Shown piece after piece: positions 1 to 9,671 of a stretch of 64,000 nt of DNA. The stretch spans positions 47,515-111,514 of IMG/VR virus record IMGVR_UViG_3300014501_000002; one strand, given 5' to 3'. The stretch is from a virus. Below the pieces are notes generated by a model, which was given only the letters and a program-made list of their open reading frames with translations, did no database searches and was not told where the DNA came from. Made by a program: the position numbers and the translations under genes. The first letter of the stretch is position 1. The number at the start of each line of letters is the position of its first letter.

Positions 1-2
1 CG

Positions 3-2174
3 TTGGCCGGACCGGGAGGCACACCTCCAGCTGCGGCCGCTCCAGATACTGCGGCTCCCGATGCAGGACAAGGCGCCCTCGGTGCTCCGGATTCAACTCA
101 GGAGCCCGTCAACGCGTCCAATCCAAAGTCGTTGTTCGCGCAGAAATTAGGCCGCGCTCTAGATAAACCAGAGAACTCAATTCCGCTGCAGGCGAATGGT
201 AAGCCTCAGCCCGGCGGATGGGCGAAGTCGTTGCTCGGCGCCGCGCAAGGTGTGTTGTCCGGTCTCGGTGATGCTCCGCAAGGAAAGGCCCCAGTCGGCG
301 GCGGAATCCTGAGTGGAATCACGGGCACGATTGCGAATCGCAATCAGCGTCTTGCTGCGCAGAAAGAGCAAGCTCAAAAGGCCCAGCACGAAAATGCCGA
401 AGATCAACGCGCACAGGAAAAACAAGATGATGCGCATCAGAAGGCACAGCTGGATAATACCGAAGCGAATCTGCGCATGATCCACACGCAGAATTTGAAC
501 CATCAAATCGGCGTCGTCGATCCAATGATTGCCGATGGAAACAAGACGCTCAAAATGTTGGAAGATCCCGATAGCGGACATCCTACGCCGGTTCTCGCAC
601 GAGATGTCACGTACGCCGACCTACAGAAGGGTGTTGTCGACGGTAAGTGGAACCTGCATGATATGACGCCGTTCCCATCTGGTAAGAAGGCAATCGGCAC
701 GGACGCGAACGGTGAGCCGCAGTACGCGACTACGTACACGCTTGTGGATGCGCACGGTAAGGTCACGCCGAACGAAGATGAGATCAAGTACCTAAACGCC
801 AATAAAGCGACCGACCAGCCCATTAAGCCGGGTCAGGAATTCGATTTCAGTTCATGGAATTCTCTGCATCAGAAGGCCGATGATATCAAGGCTCAGACAG
901 ATGCGCGAAACAAGACGTTGATCAATAACAAATTGTCCGATGCGGACGATGCTTATAAATTAGAGAAGGTCGACTTTCCTCCGGTATGGTCGAAGGCGCT
1001 GTCCGATCCTCGCGCGAAAGGCAAGGATGGTTTGCCTGATCCGATTAAAGCACGTAACCTGATCCTAAGCGACCCGGCATCGTTGAAGCAATTCCCGGAC
1101 GTTGCAAAGCTTGTTCCCGAAGCTTACCCTGGATTCGACAAACTCGAGTCTCAGGCTCAGGAAGCAGGATTTAAGGCTACGGAAGATGCTGCGAAGAAAG
1201 CGGCAGACAAGGCCGATGACATTCGTAATCTCATGACAGATGATATGAAAGCGAGTATTGCACAGCTTTCTCCGGATCGACAGAAGTTCCTTGGTCAGTA
1301 TAACCCGGAAGAACAAGGCGCGATCGTATCTCTCGGCACGAGCCCCGGCGATGTAAACTTCCGCGATGTGTTCACACGTATGGCGAAGGGCCAGAAAGGT
1401 CTCACGCCACAAGACGCGGAAAACGCCATCAAGCAAGTTTACCCGCACTGGAGCATGGCTGCGTACGCGAACACTCAAAAGATGTACAAGGACATCACGG
1501 GTGGCGGTCCGTTGTCCAAGCAGATCGCACAGTACAACAACGTTCTACAGCACGCATCCATCGCGCAAGATGCAATCACCGAAGCGACCGGTCGCGCAAA
1601 CAACCCGCGGTTCGTGAACACCGCTTTGAACCAACTCGAGAAACAGGGTTGGGGAGCCGAAGCCGGTAAATTGAATATCGCGCTCGGTACGGTCAAGGAT
1701 GAATATGCGTTGTTGCAGTCCGGCGGATACAAACCGTCTGAACAAGAACAAGCAACTCTCGACGCAGCACTAAAGCCTACCGCTACTGCTGGACAGATTT
1801 CCGGTGCATTGAAAGCCTTAGCCGACGTCGGAGCCGTTCGATTGAACCAGATCAACGATCAGTACAAGCGTAGCTCTGGTCGCAACGTTCCCGGAATGTT
1901 GAATCAGGATTCGGTGGACGCCGCAAACCACCTCAACGTCAACCCGGCTACGAGAAAGGTTCTCGGACGCATGAACGTCGCGGGCGATTTGTTCGGAAAC
2001 GACGATGGACATCTAGCGTCGCAGGATTTAGAGCAGAAGAATACGCAGGCGCCTAATGCCGCAGCCGCCCCGACACAACCAGTTGCGGGAATTCCTCACA
2101 ATGTCATTATCAACGGAAAGGTTGCAGGAGTCACGACAGATGGTGGTAAGACTTACAAGCCGGTCGCGCAATAA
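3..2174 (+). CDS. Putative internal virion / DNA-ejection protein (probably 5'-truncated by window edge)
   Basis: 723-aa ORF, Ala/Gln/Gly-rich with coiled-coil-like stretch; first of four tightly packed large + strand ORFs, an arrangement typical of podophage ejection proteins. Confidence 0.45.
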   Translation: MAGPGGTPPAAAAPDTAAPDAGQGALGAPDSTQEPVNASNPKSLFAQKLGRALDKPENSIPLQANGKPQPGGWAKSLLGAAQGVLSGLGDAPQGKAPVGGGILSGITGTIANRNQRLAAQKEQAQKAQHENAEDQRAQEKQDDAHQKAQLDNTEANLRMIHTQNLNHQIGVVDPMIADGNKTLKMLEDPDSGHPTPVLARDVTYADLQKGVVDGKWNLHDMTPFPSGKKAIGTDANGEPQYATTYTLVDAHGKVTPNEDEIKYLNANKATDQPIKPGQEFDFSSWNSLHQKADDIKAQTDARNKTLINNKLSDADDAYKLEKVDFPPVWSKALSDPRAKGKDGLPDPIKARNLILSDPASLKQFPDVAKLVPEAYPGFDKLESQAQEAGFKATEDAAKKAADKADDIRNLMTDDMKASIAQLSPDRQKFLGQYNPEEQGAIVSLGTSPGDVNFRDVFTRMAKGQKGLTPQDAENAIKQVYPHWSMAAYANTQKMYKDITGGGPLSKQIAQYNNVLQHASIAQDAITEATGRANNPRFVNTALNQLEKQGWGAEAGKLNIALGTVKDEYALLQSGGYKPSEQEQATLDAALKPTATAGQISGALKALADVGAVRLNQINDQYKRSSGRNVPGMLNQDSVDAANHLNVNPATRKVLGRMNVAGDLFGNDDGHLASQDLEQKNTQAPNAAAAPTQPVAGIPHNVIINGKVAGVTTDGGKTYKPVAQ

Positions 2175-2180
2175 TAGGAA

Positions 2181-3911
2181 ATGATTATGGCAGACACCAA
2201 CAATATCCCCGTCCCCACCGGTGCAACATTTGCGCCGGTAGAATCAGAAGCTGTTCCCGTTCCCCAAGGTGCGACATTTTCGCCGGTCACGCCTGTGTCC
2301 GATGTAAATCCCGGCACGATGTCTGCGCCTCCGAAGACAACCCCGGGCGGTCTTTTAGATACGGCGGCTCAGGCAGTAATCGATCCCATCGGCTCGGTGA
2401 GCAAAGCTTTGGATCATGTGACGTCGTCCATCGAGAATTATACGCAACAGGGACGTGCAGAACATCCGATCCTGTCCCGCATCGGTGACGCTACACGCGA
2501 AGCTAAAGAGTTGTTGACCGGCGGACAGTCGGCAGGTAAACCTCTCGGTACGTCAAGCGGCGTGACCAATAATCCCGTGACTATCGCGATGTCGACGGCT
2601 CCAGGTGCGGCTGAACTAGGCGCCGAGGCAGAACAAAGATTGACGCAAGGTTTGGAAGCGATTAAGTCAGCGCGGGTCGCGCGCACTGCAACCGCGGCAC
2701 AGGAAGCGGCTGCGAAGGTTGCAACCGTGAAACCCGTGGACCCGGCTCAGTTTGTGTATCGCGAGCCTTCCCCGGTGCCCCAACACGGCGCGCCGGTACA
2801 GGTCGACAGCCCATTGGATAATGCAACGATCAATAAACTCCCCGGTGGAAAAGATTTGAGCGCGAATGCCATCGAGACTCTCAAACAGCATGTCGGCGGC
2901 ACACCTGGCGCGGAGATTGAGGCTGGAAGCAGCCCGAAGAACACGCTCATGAAGGCCGTCGAGCCTGTCCAGCAGACCATCAAAGATACGGGTATCAAGA
3001 TGAATGACCTGATACAGAATTCACCTCCGTTTCGATCCACCGTGAAGGACGACGGCACGTTGGTTGATGTGATGGACGAACTGAAGAACAACATACCCGC
3101 GAGCGATCGCGCGAAGCTGAGTCTAGATGTGGACGATGAATTGAAGAATGCAAACGACGCGATGATTTCGTTCGATCCGAACGAAGTGCTCGCGTATCGT
3201 CGGAAGCTCGGCAGTCAGATCGATTGGAACGATATCCCGCGCAACCCGCAGACTCCGGGAGAAGTGCAGAATGTCGCGAAGGTAAAAATTTACAAGGCAT
3301 TGGGCGATAAGATTCACACCGAAGTCCCAGGCGCCGCGGAACTGGATAAAGTCTTCCAGCCGAACCTGGAATTGCAATCGCACCTCGACGCGAAGCTTGG
3401 ACGCACAGTTAGTCGCGACCCAGTGGAAGCGAACGCACAACAGCGGTCCGAATTGCTCAAGGGCAAGGCGCAGCTGGAGAACAAGGCGCACAATGATATC
3501 GTTGCGAAGAACCGCGACCTCGCCGGGCTGTCAGAGAGCGACATAAAGCCGACCATCACCGGGGCGAATGTTCCTAAGACTCCGGTAGACGTGGCAGTCG
3601 ACAAGGCTCTGGACCAGTTTAATGTACCCGTCACAGAGAAGCCCGCGTTGCGAGACATCCTTGATGTAAAGGCCGGGACTTATTACGGCACGAACACCGA
3701 TTGGGTAAACGCGAGAAATACTTTCGATAAACTGTCCCCGGCTGAGCGTGCGGCCCGATTCTCTAACCCCGAAGAGGTGCGATCGGTGCTACAGAAACAA
3801 GCTAAAAGGCAAGCTGTTAAGGCGATCCTTAAATATGGTAGTATCGGAGCGGCAGCCATCGGCACGGGTATCGACAGGTACATTCTGCACGCAGCGGCGA
3901 CGGGAGAATAA
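2181..3911 (+). CDS. Putative internal virion protein
   Basis: 576 aa; N-terminal duplicated (I/V)PVPxGATFxPV motif, hydrophobic GAAAIG C-terminal segment; operon context. Confidence 0.45.
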   Translation: MIMADTNNIPVPTGATFAPVESEAVPVPQGATFSPVTPVSDVNPGTMSAPPKTTPGGLLDTAAQAVIDPIGSVSKALDHVTSSIENYTQQGRAEHPILSRIGDATREAKELLTGGQSAGKPLGTSSGVTNNPVTIAMSTAPGAAELGAEAEQRLTQGLEAIKSARVARTATAAQEAAAKVATVKPVDPAQFVYREPSPVPQHGAPVQVDSPLDNATINKLPGGKDLSANAIETLKQHVGGTPGAEIEAGSSPKNTLMKAVEPVQQTIKDTGIKMNDLIQNSPPFRSTVKDDGTLVDVMDELKNNIPASDRAKLSLDVDDELKNANDAMISFDPNEVLAYRRKLGSQIDWNDIPRNPQTPGEVQNVAKVKIYKALGDKIHTEVPGAAELDKVFQPNLELQSHLDAKLGRTVSRDPVEANAQQRSELLKGKAQLENKAHNDIVAKNRDLAGLSESDIKPTITGANVPKTPVDVAVDKALDQFNVPVTEKPALRDILDVKAGTYYGTNTDWVNARNTFDKLSPAERAARFSNPEEVRSVLQKQAKRQAVKAILKYGSIGAAAIGTGIDRYILHAAATGE

Positions 3912-4571
3912 ATGTCATCCACGAATGTTATGCCTAAGAATGCCGATCCGATCGGGGACGTGGCTAAGGCGCTCGATAGCGTCGTAGGCGAAATCACTCA
4001 GTATCCCGAACAAGACGTCAAGCAGCATCCTATCCTGATCCACATCGCGAACACGTTGCGCGCGGCAACCGATATGCTGCGTAAGGAAACCGGCGCGGAG
4101 GGAACAAACCTCACGCAGAATCAAGTTTCGCCGGGCACGGACGAACAGGCGGCCAAGGGCGTTCAGAATTTGCCGGAGTTTGCGGCGGCGCACGGCGGCG
4201 ACGAAGACCTCGCCGGTCTGTCCAAGGCCACGAAGCTTGTGGCGCTCGCGAAGAAATATCCGCAAGTCGCGGAGACGTTGAATATGGCGAAGGATCATCC
4301 GCTGCTCTCGAAGATCATCACCACGCCTCCGAAGCCGGAGCCTGCAGCGAAGTCTCCCGCAGCGAAACCGGCTGCGAAGAAAGATAAGACTGCGGCGAAG
4401 CCATCCGCTCCGGAAGCTAAGAACGAAGAGCAGCCCGAAGCCCCGCCTCCAGTCGAGGCAGGATTCGTGCGCGTGCAGGATAGTCGCGGCGGAATCCACG
4501 ACATCCCCGAGCAGGCGATCGCTGCGGCGCAACAGCGCGATCCAGGTCTCAAGATCATGGGCGGTAAATAA
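3912..4571 (+). CDS. Putative virion protein, partly paralogous to the upstream ORF
   Basis: 219 aa, starts right after upstream TAA; shares DPIGxVxKALD...HPIL segment with ORF 2181-3911. Confidence 0.45.
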   Translation: MSSTNVMPKNADPIGDVAKALDSVVGEITQYPEQDVKQHPILIHIANTLRAATDMLRKETGAEGTNLTQNQVSPGTDEQAAKGVQNLPEFAAAHGGDEDLAGLSKATKLVALAKKYPQVAETLNMAKDHPLLSKIITTPPKPEPAAKSPAAKPAAKKDKTAAKPSAPEAKNEEQPEAPPPVEAGFVRVQDSRGGIHDIPEQAIAAAQQRDPGLKIMGGK

Positions 4572-6634
4572 TGGCTGACGATAAGGACTATCAACAGTCC
4601 GCGGAGTTTACGCCTACTCCGGAAGATACCAGAAGTTTCCAATCGTGGACGCCCACCGGCCCCACGCAAGTTGACGGAATGGTTTCACCGGGGAACATTG
4701 ATTTGACTGCGCGCCCGATCGTTCATCACTCGGACGGATCGTCCAGTTCTTTGTATTCGTCCAGCTTCAATGAGGACGGCCGCGAAATCCTGGTCCCGCA
4801 AGTGAGCTCCGACGGCCACATGATGACCGAGCAAGAATCTCGAGATGAATACCATAAAACCGGAAAGCATCTCGGTATGTTCAAGAGCCCCGATGACGCG
4901 GATAAGTACGCGTCGATGCTTCATTTGAAACAGGGCGCGTTCCAGACATACAAGAACGGCGGGAAGTATAACCCATCCGTCGAGACTTATGACGATTGGA
5001 AAGAGCCTAAAGATGGAGCTCCGGAAAGCAGCCGATTGGTGGGCGATCGAGCACTAGCCAGCACTCAAGCACAAGCCAAAGCTGATCTTCCGCAACCGAA
5101 AACTCAATCCGCATTCGACTTCTCCGATCTAGGTGGGAAGAAAATTTCTGCGGGCGATGCGCTCAAAAAGAACGAAGCGGATGCCGCGGCAGATAACGAA
5201 CTGTACGGCACAAATCCCCAGGCGTATAAAGTCAAGCATCCGATCGATTACCAAATTCGTAAAGCACACGACTTCATGTCGAATGCGATCACCGGTCTCG
5301 CGATGCACGATCAGGCCGCAAGCACGAAGGCATTGGCTGAAGCGCCTGTACGTAAAGTGGTCAGCGGCGCGATGGGTCTCGCGGGTGTGCCGACCGGCGA
5401 ACAGGAAGGCGGGATACTGAAATCTACGTTACCAGTTAGGCCCGGTGGCGGTGAATTAGGCAACATTGAGCGCGGCCCGGATCGCCGCGTCGGCGGCGAT
5501 GAGCTACCCGTGGAAGGCGAGCGTCGTCTCGGGCCACGTCGGCAAGTCACATATTCAGATGCGCAGAGTCGCGCGATCAAGAACGTAGATGCACAAATCG
5601 CCAAGCCTGGTATAACTCCTGAAGACCATTCTTCTTTGACTCGACAGAGACAGGAAATTCTCGATCACCCGGAAGACTTCGGTGTGGTCAGCGAGGCGCG
5701 GAAAGAGCCCAACGAGCCCGGCCTTGAGCAACAGATCAACGCGGTGCGCGGCCAGATCGGTCGTGGAAAGTCTCCGGAGTCCTTGGAGCCTGGCGCCCGG
5801 TACCTGTACCAGAAGTACGTGTCGCCTCTAGGCGGCGAAATTTCTAAATCGTACAAGCCGGTTGCCGGTTTGGACCCCGAAGAGGTAGAAGCGATCGGCG
5901 GAAAGACCATCGTTCCGCCTACGCCGCACCCCGATGTGATCAAAGACGGGTGGATCACGGACCAGGGATTCGTCGAGAACCCGCACGGAACAAATCACAA
6001 ACAGAATGCACCGGACAATGATACGCAAGCTGCGATTAAAAACGGCCACGTACGTGTCGCGACGCTGGGAACGAACGGAGAGAATCTCCATTTCGAAGCA
6101 CACGACTACAGCAACCCTGTTACTCGCAAGCGCATCGCGGACGCGATTCAGCATGGGCCGCGTGCACAAAACATCAGTATGGAGTTCACGAAGTCTCAAG
6201 CTTATAAAAATGCAATGAGCATGAGCCCGGAAGATGCAATGAAATGGCTCGACTCACACGGCGGTGTCTCCGGAGTGACCGAAGAGGTTAAACCCGGCCC
6301 GGCTACCGACCCGCACGAGTATACGGAGTCTGCGAAGTACAACGGAGTGGAATACCGCGGTTTACAGAAACCAATCCTGGATGATACCGGGAAAGTTTTG
6401 CATCCCGGTGTGGCAATGTTCCAAGACCCGAAATCGGGCACGTCCGTCGCGGTGCGATTGGATGAATGGACCCCGGCGAAGCTGCACGAGCACGTAGAGG
6501 CGGCGCGCGAGCGTATGAAGGGTACGCCCAATGTTGTGAAGCCGACGTACGGCGTGGTACTGAAAAAGCTTGACAAGAAGCCGAAGATTAAGCTAGACTC
6601 TGATGAGGCTGGAAGAAAAGCCCTTTACGAATAA
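4571..6634 (+). CDS. Large polyvalent / internal virion protein
   Basis: 687 aa, TAATG overlap; contains GNIDLxxRP...DGREILVPxV...GKHLGxF domain I recall from phage virion/polyvalent proteins. Confidence 0.5.
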   Translation: MADDKDYQQSAEFTPTPEDTRSFQSWTPTGPTQVDGMVSPGNIDLTARPIVHHSDGSSSSLYSSSFNEDGREILVPQVSSDGHMMTEQESRDEYHKTGKHLGMFKSPDDADKYASMLHLKQGAFQTYKNGGKYNPSVETYDDWKEPKDGAPESSRLVGDRALASTQAQAKADLPQPKTQSAFDFSDLGGKKISAGDALKKNEADAAADNELYGTNPQAYKVKHPIDYQIRKAHDFMSNAITGLAMHDQAASTKALAEAPVRKVVSGAMGLAGVPTGEQEGGILKSTLPVRPGGGELGNIERGPDRRVGGDELPVEGERRLGPRRQVTYSDAQSRAIKNVDAQIAKPGITPEDHSSLTRQRQEILDHPEDFGVVSEARKEPNEPGLEQQINAVRGQIGRGKSPESLEPGARYLYQKYVSPLGGEISKSYKPVAGLDPEEVEAIGGKTIVPPTPHPDVIKDGWITDQGFVENPHGTNHKQNAPDNDTQAAIKNGHVRVATLGTNGENLHFEAHDYSNPVTRKRIADAIQHGPRAQNISMEFTKSQAYKNAMSMSPEDAMKWLDSHGGVSGVTEEVKPGPATDPHEYTESAKYNGVEYRGLQKPILDDTGKVLHPGVAMFQDPKSGTSVAVRLDEWTPAKLHEHVEAARERMKGTPNVVKPTYGVVLKKLDKKPKIKLDSDEAGRKALYE
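6570..6599 (+). promoter_or_regulatory. Sigma70-like promoter for the 6644 gene
   Basis: TTGACA-N18-TAGACT, followed by AAGGAGG RBS before 6644. Confidence 0.55.
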
Positions 6635-6643
6635 AGGAGGCTT

Positions 6644-6922
6644 ATGCTCTACAGAATCTATGCAGCAAATATTTTATTTGATGATGTGGCGGTCATTTTA
6701 TGCGGCCGCGGCATTCGGTCGTTCTCGCTGATTAAGCAAGAGGGTTACTGGCGCGGCGTACCTGAAGCATCGATTGTAATCGATGTGTTCGATCAGGGTG
6801 GAGAACTTGAGAATCGGATATATGCGGCCGCAGAAGATATTCGTGCGCTCACCGGTCAAGAGATTGTGTACGTGATCGAATCCAAGGCACATGCGGTCCG
6901 ATCGATAAAACAAAAGTCTTGA
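6644..6922 (+). CDS. Small ferredoxin-fold protein, SAM-lyase/DUF3574-like
   Basis: 92 aa; GYWRGxxExS and QExVxV motifs spaced as in T3-type SAM lyases; strong RBS. Confidence 0.4.
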   Translation: MLYRIYAANILFDDVAVILCGRGIRSFSLIKQEGYWRGVPEASIVIDVFDQGGELENRIYAAAEDIRALTGQEIVYVIESKAHAVRSIKQKS

Positions 6923-6979
6923 CATCAGTTTTGTAATTTCGGCTCCACCATTTCTCGGTAGCTAAAGAAAGGAGGACCA

Positions 6980-7129
6980 ATGAGTGAGAATAAGGGCGGG
7001 GACGTTCTAGCTCGCGGGAATGTGCGGTGCACATTTCAGCCAGCCGGTTCGAAAGTCTCGCAAAAGAAGTGGGATAAGATTTGGGATATCTCCACGAAGA
7101 AAGCGCCTCGCAAAAACCGCAAGAGCTAA
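6980..7129 (+). CDS. Small basic hypothetical protein (49 aa, not in ORF track)
   Basis: AAGGAGGA RBS, ATG at 6980, MSENKGGDVLARGN...KNRKS*. Confidence 0.6.
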   Translation: MSENKGGDVLARGNVRCTFQPAGSKVSQKKWDKIWDISTKKAPRKNRKS

Positions 7130-7204
7130 CCTAAAATGATCGTATCTGGTGCCGGGTAACTGTCCCGCAGGCCCGGCACAATCCCTTGAACTGAGGAGGC
7201 TCAG

Positions 7205-7564
7205 ATGTCAAGTTTATTGGCAGTGAATTACGATGAGCGCCACAAGGCGTTCGCGGATTTCAAACAGGATATTGAAACACGGCTCGAAGCATGGCTCTTG
7301 GAACATCCTGTCCAGGAACAGAAATTGCTCACCACAGCCTTCGGGAAAAACATGATCGTGAAAGTGCTGCCGTCCAATTTCGCGTATGGCGGGTGGATCG
7401 TGTACAAGAACGGGGAGATTATGGAGACGTTCACCGGCGAGAACGCATGGTCGGACGCGACCGCGTACGGAAACAGTCTATTGAATCCAACTCTGCAAGA
7501 AGAAAATCGACAGCGAGACGAACAAGAAGAGAGGCGTCGGAGAGACGAAGGTTACATTTATTAA
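7205..7564 (+). CDS. Hypothetical protein
   Basis: 119 aa, GAGGAGG RBS; last + strand gene before the strand switch. Confidence 0.7.
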   Translation: MSSLLAVNYDERHKAFADFKQDIETRLEAWLLEHPVQEQKLLTTAFGKNMIVKVLPSNFAYGGWIVYKNGEIMETFTGENAWSDATAYGNSLLNPTLQEENRQRDEQEERRRRDEGYIY

Positions 7565-7570
7565 GCTTAG

Positions 7571-7653
7571 GGTGCGGGCACAGTAGATCCCAGAAATGGG
7601 CACGTGTCATCCCGCACCACAATTTTAAAGAACGGGCACACTCGATCCCAGAA
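7571..7653 (+). repeat. Putative recombinase site: 48-bp hairpin element (7571-7618) plus partial third copy (7622-7653) overlapping the recombinase 3' end
   Basis: CGGGCACAGTAGATCCCAGAAATGGGCAC is identical (29 bp; 37/40 extended) to the reverse complement of 47270-47309. Confidence 0.75.
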
Positions 7654-8539
7654 TATCAAACCCCAGCCCGGCCTTTTTGGCCCATTCCTTGCGCAGCGTA
7701 GTGTTCTGTGCAAGCTTAGAATACCGATCGGTGATATCTCGGTTGGCCGAGTGGCCGATCCAGAACTTCAGGATGTCCTCGGGTGTCCCGACTTCCCGGA
7801 GCCGCGTGGTGCGAAACCGGCGAAGGCTGTGATGTCCAGGCACGCCGTCCGCTTTCAGCGTCCGGTACGTATTATCACGTTTCATGTTGAATAGTTTGCC
7901 TGTCGGGCCACTTATCGCGCGCAGCGTATCACTGATCTCTGGGATGATATCCACCTCGCGCGTGCCTGCGGCCGTCTTCGGCGTCGCGCTTCGTCCGTCC
8001 TGTACCTGATCCCGGATAATCAGCTTGCCTTGCTCTGGGAGCCAGAACGACCCTTTGCCGTCGTCCAGGCCCGCCCGTAGCGCCAAGCATTCGCTGATTC
8101 TAAGCCCAGTACCAGCCAGAGTGATATACAGAGGCTTAAACAGCCCTTCCGCCTCGGAAATCGCCTCCTGGAGGGCTTCCCGGCCTATGCTAGGCGATGA
8201 TTGATCCGATGGATTCACTTCCGGAAGGTCGATAAAGTCTGCATTCCACGTACGCGGGTACAATTCGTTGCCATTCGCGTCCGTCGCGGAGGCTATAACC
8301 CCCTTTAAACAGTTCACGATACCACACACCGACGCCGGTTTTAGTTCCCCGGCGATCGAAGACACAAACTTCTTCATGCTTCCGTTATCGAAGTTCGCCA
8401 AGTCTTCGGCGCCGCAGAGGGGAACGATCCATGTCCGGAGGTAACTCTGGTATCTTTGCAGGGTTCCCGGCTTGGGCGGCTTCCGGCGCCGAGACTCTAA
8501 GGCTTTGATGAATGCGACCGATTGTTCTTGGATGGTCAT
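7625..8539 (-). CDS. int: Tyrosine recombinase / integrase
   Basis: TGLRISE (Arg), PKT (Lys), HSLRR (HxxR), IGH, ITDRY (Tyr); likely start MTIQEQ at 8539 after GGAGG. Confidence 0.92.
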   Translation of the reverse strand: MTIQEQSVAFIKALESRRRKPPKPGTLQRYQSYLRTWIVPLCGAEDLANFDNGSMKKFVSSIAGELKPASVCGIVNCLKGVIASATDANGNELYPRTWNADFIDLPEVNPSDQSSPSIGREALQEAISEAEGLFKPLYITLAGTGLRISECLALRAGLDDGKGSFWLPEQGKLIIRDQVQDGRSATPKTAAGTREVDIIPEISDTLRAISGPTGKLFNMKRDNTYRTLKADGVPGHHSLRRFRTTRLREVGTPEDILKFWIGHSANRDITDRYSKLAQNTTLRKEWAKKAGLGFDILGSSVPVL

Positions 8540-8557
8540 TGTATCCTCCTGTAAACG

Positions 8558-8586
8558 AAGGTAGCATTGATTCACAGGCGGGTCAA
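8558..8586 (-). promoter_or_regulatory. Sigma70-like promoter of recombinase
   Basis: TTGACC-N17-TACCTT with TG extension. Confidence 0.55.
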
Positions 8587-8587
8587 G

Positions 8588-8806
8588 CTAATTTATTTTG
8601 ATGTTCGGATTCGGACACAACTCTTGTTTCTGTTTAATTATTTCGAGCCATACGACGGCAGCTGTAGCCGGTACTAACCCGGATGGATAGATGTCGCCCC
8701 TCTGGTATTCTTCGTCGTATTTTTTGTATAGCTTTGCACATTCTTCGCAACACTCCATATACCTCTTTTCCAACTCGTTCAATTTCCTCCGCTTCTTTTG
8801 GTCCAT
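8588..8806 (-). CDS. Hypothetical protein
   Basis: 72 aa, GGAGG RBS. Confidence 0.6.
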   Translation of the reverse strand: MDQKKRRKLNELEKRYMECCEECAKLYKKYDEEYQRGDIYPSGLVPATAAVVWLEIIKQKQELCPNPNIKIN

Positions 8807-9321
8807 GACGCCTCCTAGAGATTAACGTGCCCGGTCGGACTGACCAGGTTGCGTCGGTCAGGGTGCTTCTTGCAAAAGATGATTTCGCGGCCCCATTTAT
8901 CAGCGCGGCGTTGTCTTGCTTTCGAACCGTGATAGCGCTCATTACCGCATGCAGAACACCCCGAAGTTCGATGCCTCTGTATCCACATGGATGGCTTAAT
9001 TGGTTTCTTATGCTTCGCGGCTTGAACGCGCAGTACGGGCGTCGTCGCACGCCAAAATCATCAATCATGACTTCTCCTTATACATCGCCTTATACATCGC
9101 CTTCTTGACTAGGTCGTCGAGAGTCTTGGCCGTATGCCACAAACCAGCTTCTCGTAGATCCAGGACCGCCTTTTGAATGCGGTGAATCGAGTTAATCTGT
9201 TCTCGGGTCATCGGAGCACTCCCACGAAGACAAATCCCCAGCTAATCAGAGTCTTGAACAGGTAGAACACGACCAGTAGTTTCTTCGATTTCACAAAATG
9301 TGACCTCCTTCCATCATAGAT

Positions 9322-9350
9322 AGAATAACTCAGTCAAGGTGCAATGTCAA
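9322..9350 (-). promoter_or_regulatory. Sigma70-like promoter
   Basis: TTGACA-N17-TATTCT upstream of AAGGAGG. Confidence 0.6.
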
Positions 9351-9356
9351 GTTCTT

Positions 9357-9611
9357 TTAGATACAAATGGAGTAAAACCCCACAGGCTCGGAACCGAGGA
9401 TCAGGAACACTCCAGCATCAGTATGCACACGCAGGACATCGAGAATACCGGAAGATGAGATTGAAAGTCGGCGCACGTCCTCTGGGAAAGAAAACGTGTG
9501 CTCGTTCCACAACTTCGTTCGACCGGCGTTCCAATCGTCGAGAGTTACGTACCCTAGTTCATTCCCGCACGCGAACCACTTCAGACCGCAGTAATCAATT
9601 GTGTTTGTCAT
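9357..9611 (-). CDS. Hypothetical protein
   Basis: 84 aa, AGGAGG RBS. Confidence 0.6.
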   Translation of the reverse strand: MTNTIDYCGLKWFACGNELGYVTLDDWNAGRTKLWNEHTFSFPEDVRRLSISSSGILDVLRVHTDAGVFLILGSEPVGFYSICI

Positions 9612-9671
9612 GTTCCCTCCTAACTACATCTAGAAATTTTAGGGCGGTGGGTCGCCGCCCTAGACAACTGT

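Noticed and set aside
177-6576. Numerous antisense/shadow ORFs here and + strand ORFs across 7.6-64 kb (except tnpA)
   Set aside because: They overlap longer RBS-bearing genes on the opposite strand and show no recognisable motifs
6941-6950. GGCTCCACCA as attP core matching a tmRNA/tRNA-Ala 3' end
   Set aside because: Only 10 bp with no preceding T-loop; cannot be separated from chance without the host genome
7571-7618. c-di-GMP riboswitch, hammerhead or hairpin ribozyme
   Set aside because: GAAA tetraloop present but the conserved cores of these classes are missing
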